A stretch of 64,000 nt of DNA from an uncultured candidate division Zixibacteria bacterium (GTDB lineage: Bacteria; Zixibacteria; MSB-5A5; GN15; FEB-12). Shown here in pieces: positions 30,410-40,449 of this stretch; position 1 is the first letter of the stretch, and each line of letters begins with the position of its first letter. A program made the position numbers and the translations under genes. The stretch spans positions 2,336,001-2,400,000 of the forward strand of contig OY760907.1 of NCBI GenBank assembly GCA_963664195.1. Direction: 5' to 3'. The notes under the pieces were generated by a model. That model had not been told where the DNA came from. It ran no database searches and saw only the letters and a list, made by a program, of their open reading frames with translations.

Positions 30410-32137
30410 ATGAATGACCAGTTCATTGGAAACTACCGCGTAGTCGACAAAGTTGGTGCCGGAGGTATGGCCAGGGTGTATCTCGGGGTGCACAAGGATG
30501 TGGCTAATCTCAAGGTAGTCCTCAAGATACTTTCCGACCCCCGTCTCGTAGAACGATTCCGTCAGGAAGCCGACAAACTGGCCGTTCTTGACGGCCACCC
30601 GAATGTCTGCCGTATTAAGGACTTCTTCACCCACGGCAATGACACGGTGATCGCCATGGAGTATATTGTAGGGCAGTCGGTGGAGGAGCGTCTCAAGACG
30701 GACGGGCGGATTCCCATCGATGAGTCGGTGAAGATTGTCAGCGATGTTCTGGACGTTCTTCATTTCGCCCACGGGAACGGCATCTATCATCGAGATATCA
30801 AGCCCAGCAATATCATGATCGACAAGTCCGGGCAGGTGAAAGTCATCGACTTCGGCATCGCCAAGAGTGAAAGTGATCCGAACCTGACCACTGCCGGGGC
30901 GATGTGTGGCACGCCGTTGTATATGGCCCCGGAGCAATTCACACAGACCGCCGGCACCGACTATGCCAAGGTCGACATATACGCTGCCGGAACGACGCTC
31001 TACCATATGCTTACGGGCGAACTGCCGTTCAAGGGAGACAACGAGTTTATCCTTCGCGATGCCAAACTCGCTACTGACCCGCCGTTGCCCAGGTCGATCA
31101 ATCCCGGCATTTCCAAGGCGCTTGAGAATATCATCCTGAAGTCAATAGACCGCGACCCGGAGAACCGCTTCAGCTCACCTGCCGCCATGCGGCGCGACCT
31201 GATGGCAATGCTGTCGAATGACGCCACTCCGCAGGAACAGACCCGTGAAGTCTCGGTTGGGCCGAACAGTCCGTCCTCCGGTCTGCCGGCGAAGAAGGTT
31301 GCGATGGGGGTTGTGGGCGTATTGGCTTTGGCGGTGATCGCGTTCGTGATCATGAAATTCATCGGCGGAGAACCGGATGCCCCCGGGCTGCGACTGCTTG
31401 CTCCCGCCGACGGTCGGGTATTTACCGAGACAAATCATCCGACGCTTTCCTGGCAGGATGTGGTCGGTCAGGGCGGCAGCTATATTCTTGAGTACGCCGG
31501 TGACTCTGCCTTTTCCGGCGCTCGCACGTTGACCGGACTGTCCGGGGGAAACCACACTTTTGTCGACGCACTTGATCCCGGATCGTACTACTGGCGTGTA
31601 TACCCTGTAGGTGGTGACGGTCGTATTGGTGAGAAGTCGGCCCTGTCGTCATTCACAATCGATCTTGCCGCACCGGTTGTCGTTACGGGAATTCTCGCGA
31701 TTGATGTGAGTCCGTCGGGGGATATCTTCTTTGACGATGATGAGGTTGCTTCGAATGCGGACGGGTTCTCAGGGGAAGTTGACACCGGGCAGCACGTCAT
31801 CAAGATTGAAAACAGCCGCTCCCGTCAGAAGCGGTATGTTGATACCGTCACAGTGGCGGGGGGCGAGACTGTGCGGCGGGAGTATGCGTTTACCTTTCCG
31901 CAGGCCAGGGTTGAACAGAAATTCGGTGAGGCGCGCGTGGGGTCACGTCCCCGGGGCGCCAGCGTGTATATAGACGGCGAACTGCAGCCGCAGAAGACGA
32001 ACTATACGTTTATGCTCGAGCCCGGAAGACATATCATCAAATCTACTATGACACTCGACGGCCGGGAAATCGAGCACACTGACACAGTCCGTATTGTGGC
32101 CGACAGTTCGCTCAAGGTGCTGTTTGATTTTGAGTGA
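30410..32137 (+). CDS. Membrane-anchored Hanks-type Ser/Thr kinase with periplasmic FN3-like and PEGA-like domains
   Basis: GAGGMARVY, VLK, HRDIKPSN, DFG, GTPLYMAPE; one TM helix; YYWRVYP; SRPRGASVYIDG. Confidence 0.92.
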   Translation: MNDQFIGNYRVVDKVGAGGMARVYLGVHKDVANLKVVLKILSDPRLVERFRQEADKLAVLDGHPNVCRIKDFFTHGNDTVIAMEYIVGQSVEERLKTDGRIPIDESVKIVSDVLDVLHFAHGNGIYHRDIKPSNIMIDKSGQVKVIDFGIAKSESDPNLTTAGAMCGTPLYMAPEQFTQTAGTDYAKVDIYAAGTTLYHMLTGELPFKGDNEFILRDAKLATDPPLPRSINPGISKALENIILKSIDRDPENRFSSPAAMRRDLMAMLSNDATPQEQTREVSVGPNSPSSGLPAKKVAMGVVGVLALAVIAFVIMKFIGGEPDAPGLRLLAPADGRVFTETNHPTLSWQDVVGQGGSYILEYAGDSAFSGARTLTGLSGGNHTFVDALDPGSYYWRVYPVGGDGRIGEKSALSSFTIDLAAPVVVTGILAIDVSPSGDIFFDDDEVASNADGFSGEVDTGQHVIKIENSRSRQKRYVDTVTVAGGETVRREYAFTFPQARVEQKFGEARVGSRPRGASVYIDGELQPQKTNYTFMLEPGRHIIKSTMTLDGREIEHTDTVRIVADSSLKVLFDFE

Positions 32138-32214
32138 GGCGAAGAGCCTCCCGTCGTCCACCGGCCGCAGTTGAGTCTGAAAAATAGAAACTGATCCATA
32201 ACCAAGGAGTGAAC

Positions 32215-33258
32215 ATGAAGTTTACACTTGCCTCCCGCAGTATTGTAGTTGCGGCCTTCGCGGTTCTCGGTCTCGCGTTGACCGGAAGCGTTGTCGCACA
32301 GGAAGAGGCCTCGGTGGCTGACAAGCTGTCCGAAGCTCTGGATATGTACAACGACCTTGAGTACGATGCCGGTTTGAAGATTGCCGGGGACCTCCTGGCC
32401 CGAACAGATCTGACTTCGTACGACAGTGTTGCCATCTATGAAATCTTCAGCATCATCACCTACGCCAAAGGTGAAGCGTACCTTCAGGAAGCCCTTGGAT
32501 ATCTGGAGAAAATCGGTTCGGTCGGTCCCTGCGTGGTCCCCATGCCTCGCGAGATATGGCCGCAGGAACTCCGAGATCGCTGGTACCGGCTTCTCAAAGC
32601 CCAGAACAAACTGGTGTGCGACGAGGACCAGAAGGATCTCAAGACCATTGCTATCATGGAATTCGACAACTACTCGATGGGCGAGTATCAGGAAAAGCTC
32701 GGTCTGCTCAGCAAGGGTCTGGCCGATTTCTTCGCCTACGACTTTGCCAAAATAAGTGATTTCAAAGTGATTGAGCGCGACAAAATCGATTTCATTCTTA
32801 AAGAGATCGAACTGGTTAAATCCGGCGCTGTTGATCCCTCGACCGCGGTCAAGGTTGGCAAGCTGCTCGGTGCCAAGTATATGGTGTTCGGCAGTATCAC
32901 CCAACTCGACGGCAAGCATACGCGCATGGTAGTGCGAGTGGTCAATGTCGAGACCTCGGAAATCGTGACCACGGTTGACCGTGAAGGGAAGCCGGAATAC
33001 TCCCAGATGGAAAAGGATCTGGTCGAGGAGCTGGCAGCCAATCTTGATGTCAAGCTCGGCGATGACACTCGCGCGCTTATTCAGGAGGGCGGCACGGATA
33101 ACTGGGACGCCACAGAGCATTATGCTCGTGGTCTCGAGTACATGGATTCCTACGACTACAAAAACGCCTACGAGCACTTCAAGCAGGCATATGAACTTGA
33201 CGAGACTTTTGTCGAAGCCAAGCGCAAAATGGACATCTATCAACCGTTGGCCAGTTAG
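32215..33258 (+). CDS. Secreted helical-repeat protein with CsgG/HfaB/FlgO-like domain
   Basis: ATG after AAGGAG; signal peptide; TIAIMEFDN, FKVIERDKIDFILKEIEL, AVKVGKLLGAKYMVFGS, RVVNVETSEI; C-terminal TPR. Confidence 0.8.
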   Translation: MKFTLASRSIVVAAFAVLGLALTGSVVAQEEASVADKLSEALDMYNDLEYDAGLKIAGDLLARTDLTSYDSVAIYEIFSIITYAKGEAYLQEALGYLEKIGSVGPCVVPMPREIWPQELRDRWYRLLKAQNKLVCDEDQKDLKTIAIMEFDNYSMGEYQEKLGLLSKGLADFFAYDFAKISDFKVIERDKIDFILKEIELVKSGAVDPSTAVKVGKLLGAKYMVFGSITQLDGKHTRMVVRVVNVETSEIVTTVDREGKPEYSQMEKDLVEELAANLDVKLGDDTRALIQEGGTDNWDATEHYARGLEYMDSYDYKNAYEHFKQAYELDETFVEAKRKMDIYQPLAS

Positions 33259-33310
33259 CGCGTCAGATCGATACCGGATTCGAACAAACCTCGATACTGA
33301 GGAACAGGAT

Positions 33311-34624
33311 ATGAAAACGAAATCTGTGCTCATCGTCTGGGCACTTTCTCTGGCAGTGTTGATGACCGGCTGTGCGGTCGGCCCGTACGGTCAGGGAAGA
33401 CAGCTCGCCGAACAGGGAGAGTATGACCGGGCGATTGAATCCTTTTACAAAGAGATCAGCGTCAACCCGCAGAATATGGAAGCCTGGCGCGAGCTGGGTG
33501 CAGCGTTCTACGAGCAGGGTGATCTGGCCAAGGCCGAGGATGCTCTTGAGCAGGCCAACGGAATCGCGCTTGACGCCCGCACGAACCTCCTGCTTGGCCT
33601 GATAAGCGAAAAGAAGGGGAATGTCGATGCGGCGATCAACGCCTACGGTGCCGCTCTCAGGCTGGATCCCGGCGGTAAAACCGCCAACCTGCTCCAGGCC
33701 CGCATGGACCGCCTCGTATCGGAGAAGATCAAGCACGAGGTATCGGAAGCTCTTGCCAAAGAGTCCGAGATCGACACCAAGTCGATTCCGGAAAACACAA
33801 TCGCGGTGGCCGACTTCGACGGTTCACACCTGACTCCCGAGACTGCTCCCATCGCGCGCGGTCTGGCGGAGTTCACCGCTATCGATCTAGCCAAGGTGAG
33901 TTCGCTGCGAGTGGTTGACCGTCAGAAGATCGATGTAATCCTCAAGGAACTCGAACTCAGTGCTTCCGGTCTCACCGATGGCACCAGCGGCCCCAGAGTC
34001 GGCAGGCTTCTCGGCAGTCGACGCTTGATCGCCGGGACGGTCACGAGTCTGGGCCATGATGCCATACGACTTGACGGTGCTGTTGTCAATAGTACTGACG
34101 ATTCCAGTATGACGATTCGCACCAGCGAGGGGGACCTGTCGCGGCTCTTCCGGATGGAAAAGGAGTTTGTGTTCAGAATAATCGATGACCTTGGTATTAC
34201 GCTGACCATTGAAGAGCGCGACGCTATCGCGGAGGTTCCCACCGAATCGTATCTCGCCTTTCTCGCGTACTGTCGCGGCCTTGAGTTTCAGCGTAACGGT
34301 CTTTACGGCGCGGCAAGGCATTCGTACGATCAGGCCGCACAGGCCGACCCGGGGTTCTCAGTGGCTGCCTCACGTTCTCAGTCGATGGCCGCCGCTCTGT
34401 CCTCTGGCGGCGCCGGGGTCGATCTGTCGTCGTTTGAAAGCGCTGCTATCTCGCTGACCTCGACGATGCAACTCACTTCCGGTTTGGATGTTCGCCTTCA
34501 GCAGGCAATCCTGAATGCTGGTGGCTTGCCGAATCTGGATTTGCGTGCGGTCTCGAACCGACTACCCAAGTCTGAGGTTATTTACCAGGAAGTCGTAATT
34601 ACGGGGGAATTCGATGCTAACTAA
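33311..34624 (+). CDS. TPR lipoprotein with CsgG/HfaB/FlgO-like domain
   Basis: Lipobox MTGC; three TPRs; TIAVADF, LRVVDRQKIDVILKELEL, RVGRLLGSRRLIAG; PTESYLAFLAYCRGL. Confidence 0.82.
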   Translation: MKTKSVLIVWALSLAVLMTGCAVGPYGQGRQLAEQGEYDRAIESFYKEISVNPQNMEAWRELGAAFYEQGDLAKAEDALEQANGIALDARTNLLLGLISEKKGNVDAAINAYGAALRLDPGGKTANLLQARMDRLVSEKIKHEVSEALAKESEIDTKSIPENTIAVADFDGSHLTPETAPIARGLAEFTAIDLAKVSSLRVVDRQKIDVILKELELSASGLTDGTSGPRVGRLLGSRRLIAGTVTSLGHDAIRLDGAVVNSTDDSSMTIRTSEGDLSRLFRMEKEFVFRIIDDLGITLTIEERDAIAEVPTESYLAFLAYCRGLEFQRNGLYGAARHSYDQAAQADPGFSVAASRSQSMAAALSSGGAGVDLSSFESAAISLTSTMQLTSGLDVRLQQAILNAGGLPNLDLRAVSNRLPKSEVIYQEVVITGEFDAN

Positions 34625-35780
34625 ACCGATTCTCACTGTAGTTGCTGTGCTGACGGTTCTAATCGCCTGCGTGGCTCCGGCAAGTGCTCAGATCGTCTAC
34701 GGCCAACCGGCTGCCGGTCAAACCAGTGTCGTTTATAATCACTGGAAAATCGAAGCGGGCGGTGTCGAAACCACCTTGACTCAGTTGATGACGCCGGTGA
34801 CGGCCTTCGTGCCGGTGCGGGACAACTTTGATCTGACGTTCTACTCGTCCAATTCCAGCAACAGCCTGGAGGCCCTGGGTCAAGAATTGGACCTGAACGG
34901 GCTGGGAGACGTCCGCTTGCAGGGCAATCATTCGTTTATGGGTGACCAGTTGCTTGTGAGCGCCGGGCTGAATCTTCCCACCGGTAAGAAGAAACTGTCT
35001 CAGTTGGATGAGATCGTCGTCCTCCAGACGATGTCCCTGAACTTCATCGATCTGCCGATGCGCCGTTTTGGCGAAGGCTTCGGTTTCAACGTCCTCGTGG
35101 GCGGCGCCGCTGTTCTCGGTGAAGGTGTCCGCGGTGGGGCAGGCATCATGTACGGTTTTGTCGGTGCATACGAGCCGTATGAAAACGGCGGCAGTTTCGA
35201 TCCAGGCAACACGTTCAGCGTCAATGCAGGAATCGATATTGCGGTGGACGAGTATTTCTGGTCGATCAATGCGATCTACTCGGTTAGTTCCGTGGACAAG
35301 TTCGAGGGTATTGAAAGTTTCAAACAAAGTCCTCAGCTTGACCTGCGCGCCAGTGTCTCCACCGGAGGGGACGGAGCGGTTTTCTCCGGATTGGCGCGGT
35401 ACGTAGTACGGGGCAAGAACACCGACTACGACATCCTGGGAGTCAAACTGGAGGAGATCAAGCTGTACGGCAACGAGCTTTCATTGGCCGGCGCAGTCGA
35501 TTTTCCACTGGGTGCCAAACTGCACGCGCGGCCTGCGGCCGACCTTCGTATGATCAGCACCAGTGGGTTAACGTTTGTTACCTCCACGGTGCCCGGAATC
35601 GGTGATGAGCTGGAACTCGGCGGATCGACCGTCCTGGGGATCGGTGGCGGTCTCGGATACAAGGTCTCTGAGAACTTCGATGCCGGCTTCGGCATCAAGC
35701 TCTATACCGGCCATGCCGCCGATGGTGATATCGACCTGAGCGGTTATCAACTAACCTTTGGCCTGTCGGCATCAATGTGA
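34614..35780 (+). CDS. Putative outer-membrane beta-barrel protein
   Basis: Signal peptide (APASA|Q); alternating amphipathic strands; LNGLGDVRL and GLNLPTG motifs; C-terminal strand GYQLTFGLSASM. Confidence 0.7.
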   Translation: MLTKPILTVVAVLTVLIACVAPASAQIVYGQPAAGQTSVVYNHWKIEAGGVETTLTQLMTPVTAFVPVRDNFDLTFYSSNSSNSLEALGQELDLNGLGDVRLQGNHSFMGDQLLVSAGLNLPTGKKKLSQLDEIVVLQTMSLNFIDLPMRRFGEGFGFNVLVGGAAVLGEGVRGGAGIMYGFVGAYEPYENGGSFDPGNTFSVNAGIDIAVDEYFWSINAIYSVSSVDKFEGIESFKQSPQLDLRASVSTGGDGAVFSGLARYVVRGKNTDYDILGVKLEEIKLYGNELSLAGAVDFPLGAKLHARPAADLRMISTSGLTFVTSTVPGIGDELELGGSTVLGIGGGLGYKVSENFDAGFGIKLYTGHAADGDIDLSGYQLTFGLSASM

Positions 35781-35791
35781 AGGGGCATCCA

Positions 35792-37450
35792 ATGATGAAT
35801 AATAGAAAAATCAGTATCGGATTCCTCACGGCATTGCTGCTCACGATGGTTGTTTGCCTCTTGAGTTGCACCGAGAAGCCGGTCAATCTTTCGCTGCCGG
35901 ACGGTTCCAACCTCCGTTTGAACGCGAGCGTGACCACGGCGGCCTTTGTGGAGGAAATCCAGTACTTCGTGTTGACGGTTACCGGTCCTGATTTCACTCC
36001 AATTGTATTGGATTCGCGCACCCCGGATTCGACAGAGGAGTCCGGTGTCAGCTCTCTTACCTGGGATGGTCATGCTATCTATGCCAGCGTTTCGGTGCCG
36101 GTCGGTCAGAACCGCAGATTTGTTCTCGAGGCTTTTGATATTGGTCCCGATGACATGCCGGTCTCTCTTTATCGCGGAGTAACCGTGGTCTCGGTGCTAG
36201 CAGGGCAAATGACCAACGTCAATCTCCTGTTGAAACCAGCAGCCCCGATGGTTCGGTTGTCTCCGAGATGGCTGAATGTCGGTGCCGGGGATAGGTTTGA
36301 GGTCGACGTTCAATTGGCCAACATCCCCAATCTCGCAGGCATTCAGATTGTGTTCTCTTACGACCGGGATAGGCTGAGGCCGGTGCAAGGGCGACGCTCC
36401 GCAACGCTCAGGGAAGGTATTCAATTCGCTTCTGGCGAAGTCGACGACAATATGCGTTTCGCGATGGTGGTGGCTGATCCTTCTCTGGAACCGTTGCTGA
36501 CCGGCAACGAGATACTTAATATCGGGACCCTCGTCTGTGTAAGCACTGCTGACGTTGTTCTGCCGATGATTGACTCGGTAATGTCCTCGATCAGTATCTA
36601 CGCGATAGACCCGCGTGACACAGCCGGTACGGTGATAACTGATTTTCATATTTACACCGATCCGGCGGAAGTGAGTATAGGCTTGCTGCAGGATCGGGTA
36701 GTTGCTTTCAACGATGAGAGTCTTGAGTATGAGGTGCGACGGCAGATCAACCAGGATACAGGGGCGATCTATTTGTCAGCCGCACTAAAGGCGACCTACT
36801 TGCAATTGACGGAGTACGGAATTGAGGACTTCACCGGAATCGAGAATCTATACAACCTCGAGAGTCTGTACATGGATTACAACAGCGCGTCACATCTCGG
36901 ATTCCTTGCAGGGTTGGAAAGACTGCGGTACCTATCCGCCCAGTCGAACGGCTTGACCAACATTTCCGGTCTGACCGGTCTGATGGCTGTGCAGTCGCTG
37001 AACCTGTCGTACAATGAGATTGTCAACCTGGCACCCCTGTCAGATATGACGGTTATGTATAATTTGGATCTTTTCAGCAATGCGGTTTCAAATATTCAAC
37101 CGCTTGAGGGGATGGAAAGGCTCCAGTATCTGAGGCTGACCCGGAACAGCATCTCTGATATCGGTCCGCTCGCAAACATGCGGTACCTGTATACGTTGGA
37201 ACTCGGGAACAACCAGATTGTCGACCTCACGCCGCTTCGAAACCTTTCCAACCTGCAGAATCTCAGTCTGGAAAACAACCTGATCGAGGATATTCTGCCG
37301 CTGGTAGAGAATCCGGGTATTGACAGTGGTGACGTGGTCAACCTCTGGGGAAACAGCGCTCTGTCGAGCACTAACGAGCAGCAGCAGTACTACATCAGTC
37401 TGCTGAGAGATCGACAGGTCATCGTCAACGACTTGATTCCCGGCAAGTAG
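35792..37450 (+). CDS. Lipoprotein with Ig-like, cohesin-like and internalin-type LRR domains
   Basis: Lipobox LLSC; GDRFEVDVQLANIPNLAGIQIVFSYDRDRL is cohesin-like; cap VAFNDESLE then about 8 LRRs of 22 aa (LxxLxLxxNxIxDIxPL). Confidence 0.82.
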   Translation: MMNNRKISIGFLTALLLTMVVCLLSCTEKPVNLSLPDGSNLRLNASVTTAAFVEEIQYFVLTVTGPDFTPIVLDSRTPDSTEESGVSSLTWDGHAIYASVSVPVGQNRRFVLEAFDIGPDDMPVSLYRGVTVVSVLAGQMTNVNLLLKPAAPMVRLSPRWLNVGAGDRFEVDVQLANIPNLAGIQIVFSYDRDRLRPVQGRRSATLREGIQFASGEVDDNMRFAMVVADPSLEPLLTGNEILNIGTLVCVSTADVVLPMIDSVMSSISIYAIDPRDTAGTVITDFHIYTDPAEVSIGLLQDRVVAFNDESLEYEVRRQINQDTGAIYLSAALKATYLQLTEYGIEDFTGIENLYNLESLYMDYNSASHLGFLAGLERLRYLSAQSNGLTNISGLTGLMAVQSLNLSYNEIVNLAPLSDMTVMYNLDLFSNAVSNIQPLEGMERLQYLRLTRNSISDIGPLANMRYLYTLELGNNQIVDLTPLRNLSNLQNLSLENNLIEDILPLVENPGIDSGDVVNLWGNSALSSTNEQQQYYISLLRDRQVIVNDLIPGK

Positions 37451-37456
37451 AACGAG

Positions 37457-38392
37457 CTAGACGTTTAAAACTGCCAGAGCGATTGAATTGTAGCGGGCCG
37501 GCTCCGAGTCGGTCCGCGAATTCACTGCCACCGGGACACGTCCGCCGATAACCACGCCCGCCGTTTCGCAGCTTCCGTACAGTGACATCGCATGATAGAT
37601 GCCGTTGGCGACCTCGATAGAAGGAGCCAGCATGGCGTCCGCCTGCCCGGCGACTTCGGATTTCGTCACGCCCTTGGAATGTGCTGCCAGCATATCGACC
37701 GAAACGTCGAATGACAACGGCCCGTCGACCCGTGCGCCCTTGATCTGTCCCCGTTCGTACATCTTGGCGAGTATGGCTGCTTCCATGGTTGCCTGCATCT
37801 GCGGATAGATGACTTCCACCGCGCCGATCACGGCCACTCGCGGACTATCAATCCCTATCGATTGCGACACGCGGGCCAGGTTGGCGATCAGACTCAGCTT
37901 GGTTTTCAAGTCCGGCTGCGGTACAACGGCGCCGTCGGTGAGCATGAGCAACCGGGGGTATTTTTTCGGTTTCAGTACGGCCACGTGGGATATGATCTGT
38001 CCTTTGACCGTGAAGTTCTGTTCTTTCTCCATCAATGCTGACAGCAGATCAGCCGCAAGGATACGCCCCTGGACGATCATGTCGATTTCGCCCGCGTCAG
38101 CCATGCGTGCCGCCGTTTTGACGGCCATATCCGGCTGGTTGATGTCGAGTACGTTGATATGGGAGACGTCGATACACTCCTCACCCGACATCCGCTTCAG
38201 CTTTGCCTGATCGCCGATGATGATGGGGGAGATGAGGCCGTCGGAGGCCGCCCGTACAAACGCCCGCAACGTATCCGGCTCCGATGGGACCGCCAGAGCC
38301 GCACGCGGAGTTTTCTCCTTGGCTTCTGCTCTGGCCCGCTCAAGGAGGGCGTCGAATGAATGTACCTCGGGAATCTGAATTTCCGGCAGCAT
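37457..38392 (-). CDS. ptb: Phosphate butyryl/acyltransferase paralog B
   Basis: ISHVAV, LTDGAVV, DGPLSFD, VAGQAD, SRTDS; in operon with buk. Confidence 0.85.
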   Translation of the reverse strand: MLPEIQIPEVHSFDALLERARAEAKEKTPRAALAVPSEPDTLRAFVRAASDGLISPIIIGDQAKLKRMSGEECIDVSHINVLDINQPDMAVKTAARMADAGEIDMIVQGRILAADLLSALMEKEQNFTVKGQIISHVAVLKPKKYPRLLMLTDGAVVPQPDLKTKLSLIANLARVSQSIGIDSPRVAVIGAVEVIYPQMQATMEAAILAKMYERGQIKGARVDGPLSFDVSVDMLAAHSKGVTKSEVAGQADAMLAPSIEVANGIYHAMSLYGSCETAGVVIGGRVPVAVNSRTDSEPARYNSIALAVLNV

Positions 38393-38394
38393 AT

Positions 38395-39348
38395 CTATTT
38401 CTCCCAGATATTATTCTGTGCGTAGTAGTCAGCGATCACGCAGGCGAGGGCGAGCGAAGACTTTTTGTTCTTGATCGTGTCTGTCCGCGACACCAGTGAC
38501 ACGGGAACCCGTGCTCCGACAATCACGCCGGAGAAAACCGCGTCGGCAAACTGAATCAGCGACTTGGAGACGATATTGCCTTCTTCGATGGAATCCACGA
38601 GGTAGATGTCTGCATCGCCAGCCACACCGTTGCCGTCTTCTGCTCTGTGAGCGAGGGTCTTCGAGGAGGCCATTTCGAGTGACATCGGCCCTTGAATCAC
38701 TATGTCTTTGAACTTCGCTTTGGCCTGCGGGATGATTCGTTCGGCATCGGACAGCGTGTGAGGCATTCTGTCGGACAGTCTGTCAGTTGCAGCAGAGACG
38801 GCGATTTTGACCGGAGACAACCCGAGCGCCCGCGCCACGAGCACGGCGTTTTCGAGTATCTGGAATTTCTGTTCGGTCGTCGGTTTGACTACCATACCGC
38901 CGTCCGTGAAGTTCAATAGCTTGTGATAGCCGGGAATGTCCAGCACCGCACAATGCGACAGCGTATTCTCTCCTCGAAGGCCGTACTTGTTGTCCAGCAC
39001 CGTTTTCAGCAGGGCAGAGGTGGGAAGAAATCCCTTCATGATGCCGTCGGCTTTTTTCTCGGAGGCCAGTTTCACGGCTGCATGAGCCGCGAGGGTCGTA
39101 TCCGGTTCGTTGATTATCGTCAGCTTATCAATGTTGATTTTGTGCTCTTCGGCCAGGGCGCGGATTTTCTTTTCGTCGCCCACAAGAATGCCGTTGAGGA
39201 ATCCGTCGGCCTCGGCCTGTGACACAGCACCGATCACGTCCGCGTCCTGCGCGGCGGCCACCGCGATGGTCTTTTTGCGACCCTCGGCGGCGATGTCTAT
39301 GGCACGTTGAATCAACTCATCCGAGGAGTGAATAGGTTTGTTGCCCAT
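38395..39348 (-). CDS. ptb: Phosphate butyryl/acyltransferase paralog A
   Basis: IAVAAAQD, IMKG, LSHCAV, TDGGM, GNIVSK, SRTD. Confidence 0.85.
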   Translation of the reverse strand: MGNKPIHSSDELIQRAIDIAAEGRKKTIAVAAAQDADVIGAVSQAEADGFLNGILVGDEKKIRALAEEHKINIDKLTIINEPDTTLAAHAAVKLASEKKADGIMKGFLPTSALLKTVLDNKYGLRGENTLSHCAVLDIPGYHKLLNFTDGGMVVKPTTEQKFQILENAVLVARALGLSPVKIAVSAATDRLSDRMPHTLSDAERIIPQAKAKFKDIVIQGPMSLEMASSKTLAHRAEDGNGVAGDADIYLVDSIEEGNIVSKSLIQFADAVFSGVIVGARVPVSLVSRTDTIKNKKSSLALACVIADYYAQNNIWEK

Positions 39349-39372
39349 GAGGCTCCCTTGGGAAGGCTTTAG

Positions 39373-40440
39373 TTAGTAGACTTTGAGTTGCTCTTCACCG
39401 GCGAGGAAACGCATGCCGGCAGCGGCGAGGGCTTCCATCTCGAATTCACCCGGTACGACGATGACGCGTTTCATAAACGATACTCGTTCAGTGATCTGCT
39501 TCACGAGTCGTTCGGAATTGGCCATACCGCCGGTCAACACGATAGCTTCGAAGTCACCGGCCAAGACAGCAGCGGCAGAACCGATCTCCTTGGCGATTTG
39601 GTACGCCATGGCATCGAAGTACAGCCGCGCCTTATCGTCGCCGTTGTCAATCATCTTCTCGACTTCGCGAAGATCCGCCTGTCCGACATAGGCAACCAGG
39701 CCGGACTTTTTCGATAGTTTGCCAAGCAACTCCTGCTTGGTGAACTGACCGGAATAGCACAACTCGACCAGGCCGCCGAGAGGCACTGCCCCGGCGCGAT
39801 CAGGTGAAAACGGTCCCATGCCGAGCAGAGCGTCGTTGACGTCGACCACCAGACCCTTCTGGAGCGAGGCGACTGAAATGCCTCCGCCCATGTGAACGGC
39901 CACGAAACTGACTTCATCGAGCCTCTTGCCGAGTTTGGCCGCCTCGCGACGGCAAACCTCTTTGATGTTAAGGGCATGGACGCGGCATTTGCGTTCGATT
40001 TCCGGTACGCCGCTTATGCGGGCGATATCGGTGAAGTTGTCGACCGTTATCGGGTCGGAGATCAGCGAAGGGACACCGTACTTTTTGCCCAGATGATGAG
40101 CGATAATTGAACCGAGATTGGAGGCGTGGTTGCAGTACCGAGCCGTCCGAACGTCATCGAGCAGTTGATCGGTGATTTCGTACGAGCCGCCGTCGAGCGG
40201 ACGGACCGGCGCGCCACGACCGATCACAGCCTTGACGTTGGCAAGATCGATATCCAGCGAATCCAGCCAGGCGTTGATAGCTTCCATGCGGTAGTCAAAC
40301 TGGTCAGCGACATTGTCGAACTCGGCCAGCTTTGCGGGATCGTGACGAACAGTCTCGTCAGAAAGCAACTTGTCGCCGTCGAACAGCGCAGTTTTCGTAG
40401 AAGTCGAACCGGGATTGATAATGATCAGCAGGTCAGCCAT
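39373..40440 (-). CDS. buk: Butyrate (branched-chain carboxylate) kinase
   Basis: INPGSTSTK, HASNLG, HALN, HMGGGIS, GPFSPDRAG, LTGG, PGEFEMEALA. Confidence 0.95.
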   Translation of the reverse strand: MADLLIIINPGSTSTKTALFDGDKLLSDETVRHDPAKLAEFDNVADQFDYRMEAINAWLDSLDIDLANVKAVIGRGAPVRPLDGGSYEITDQLLDDVRTARYCNHASNLGSIIAHHLGKKYGVPSLISDPITVDNFTDIARISGVPEIERKCRVHALNIKEVCRREAAKLGKRLDEVSFVAVHMGGGISVASLQKGLVVDVNDALLGMGPFSPDRAGAVPLGGLVELCYSGQFTKQELLGKLSKKSGLVAYVGQADLREVEKMIDNGDDKARLYFDAMAYQIAKEIGSAAAVLAGDFEAIVLTGGMANSERLVKQITERVSFMKRVIVVPGEFEMEALAAAGMRFLAGEEQLKVY

Positions 40441-40449
40441 TGTATACGC

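Noticed and set aside
32002..33333. 443-aa - strand ORF and other long antisense ORFs (5787-6803, 11694-12677, 17843-18925, 21441-22403, 40849-41859, 49029-49961)
   Set aside because: All lie opposite well-supported genes and lack family motifs.
32215..34624. Curli secretion operon
   Set aside because: No CsgA/B/E/F-like genes; the CsgG-like domains are fused to TPRs and appear to lack the long membrane hairpins.
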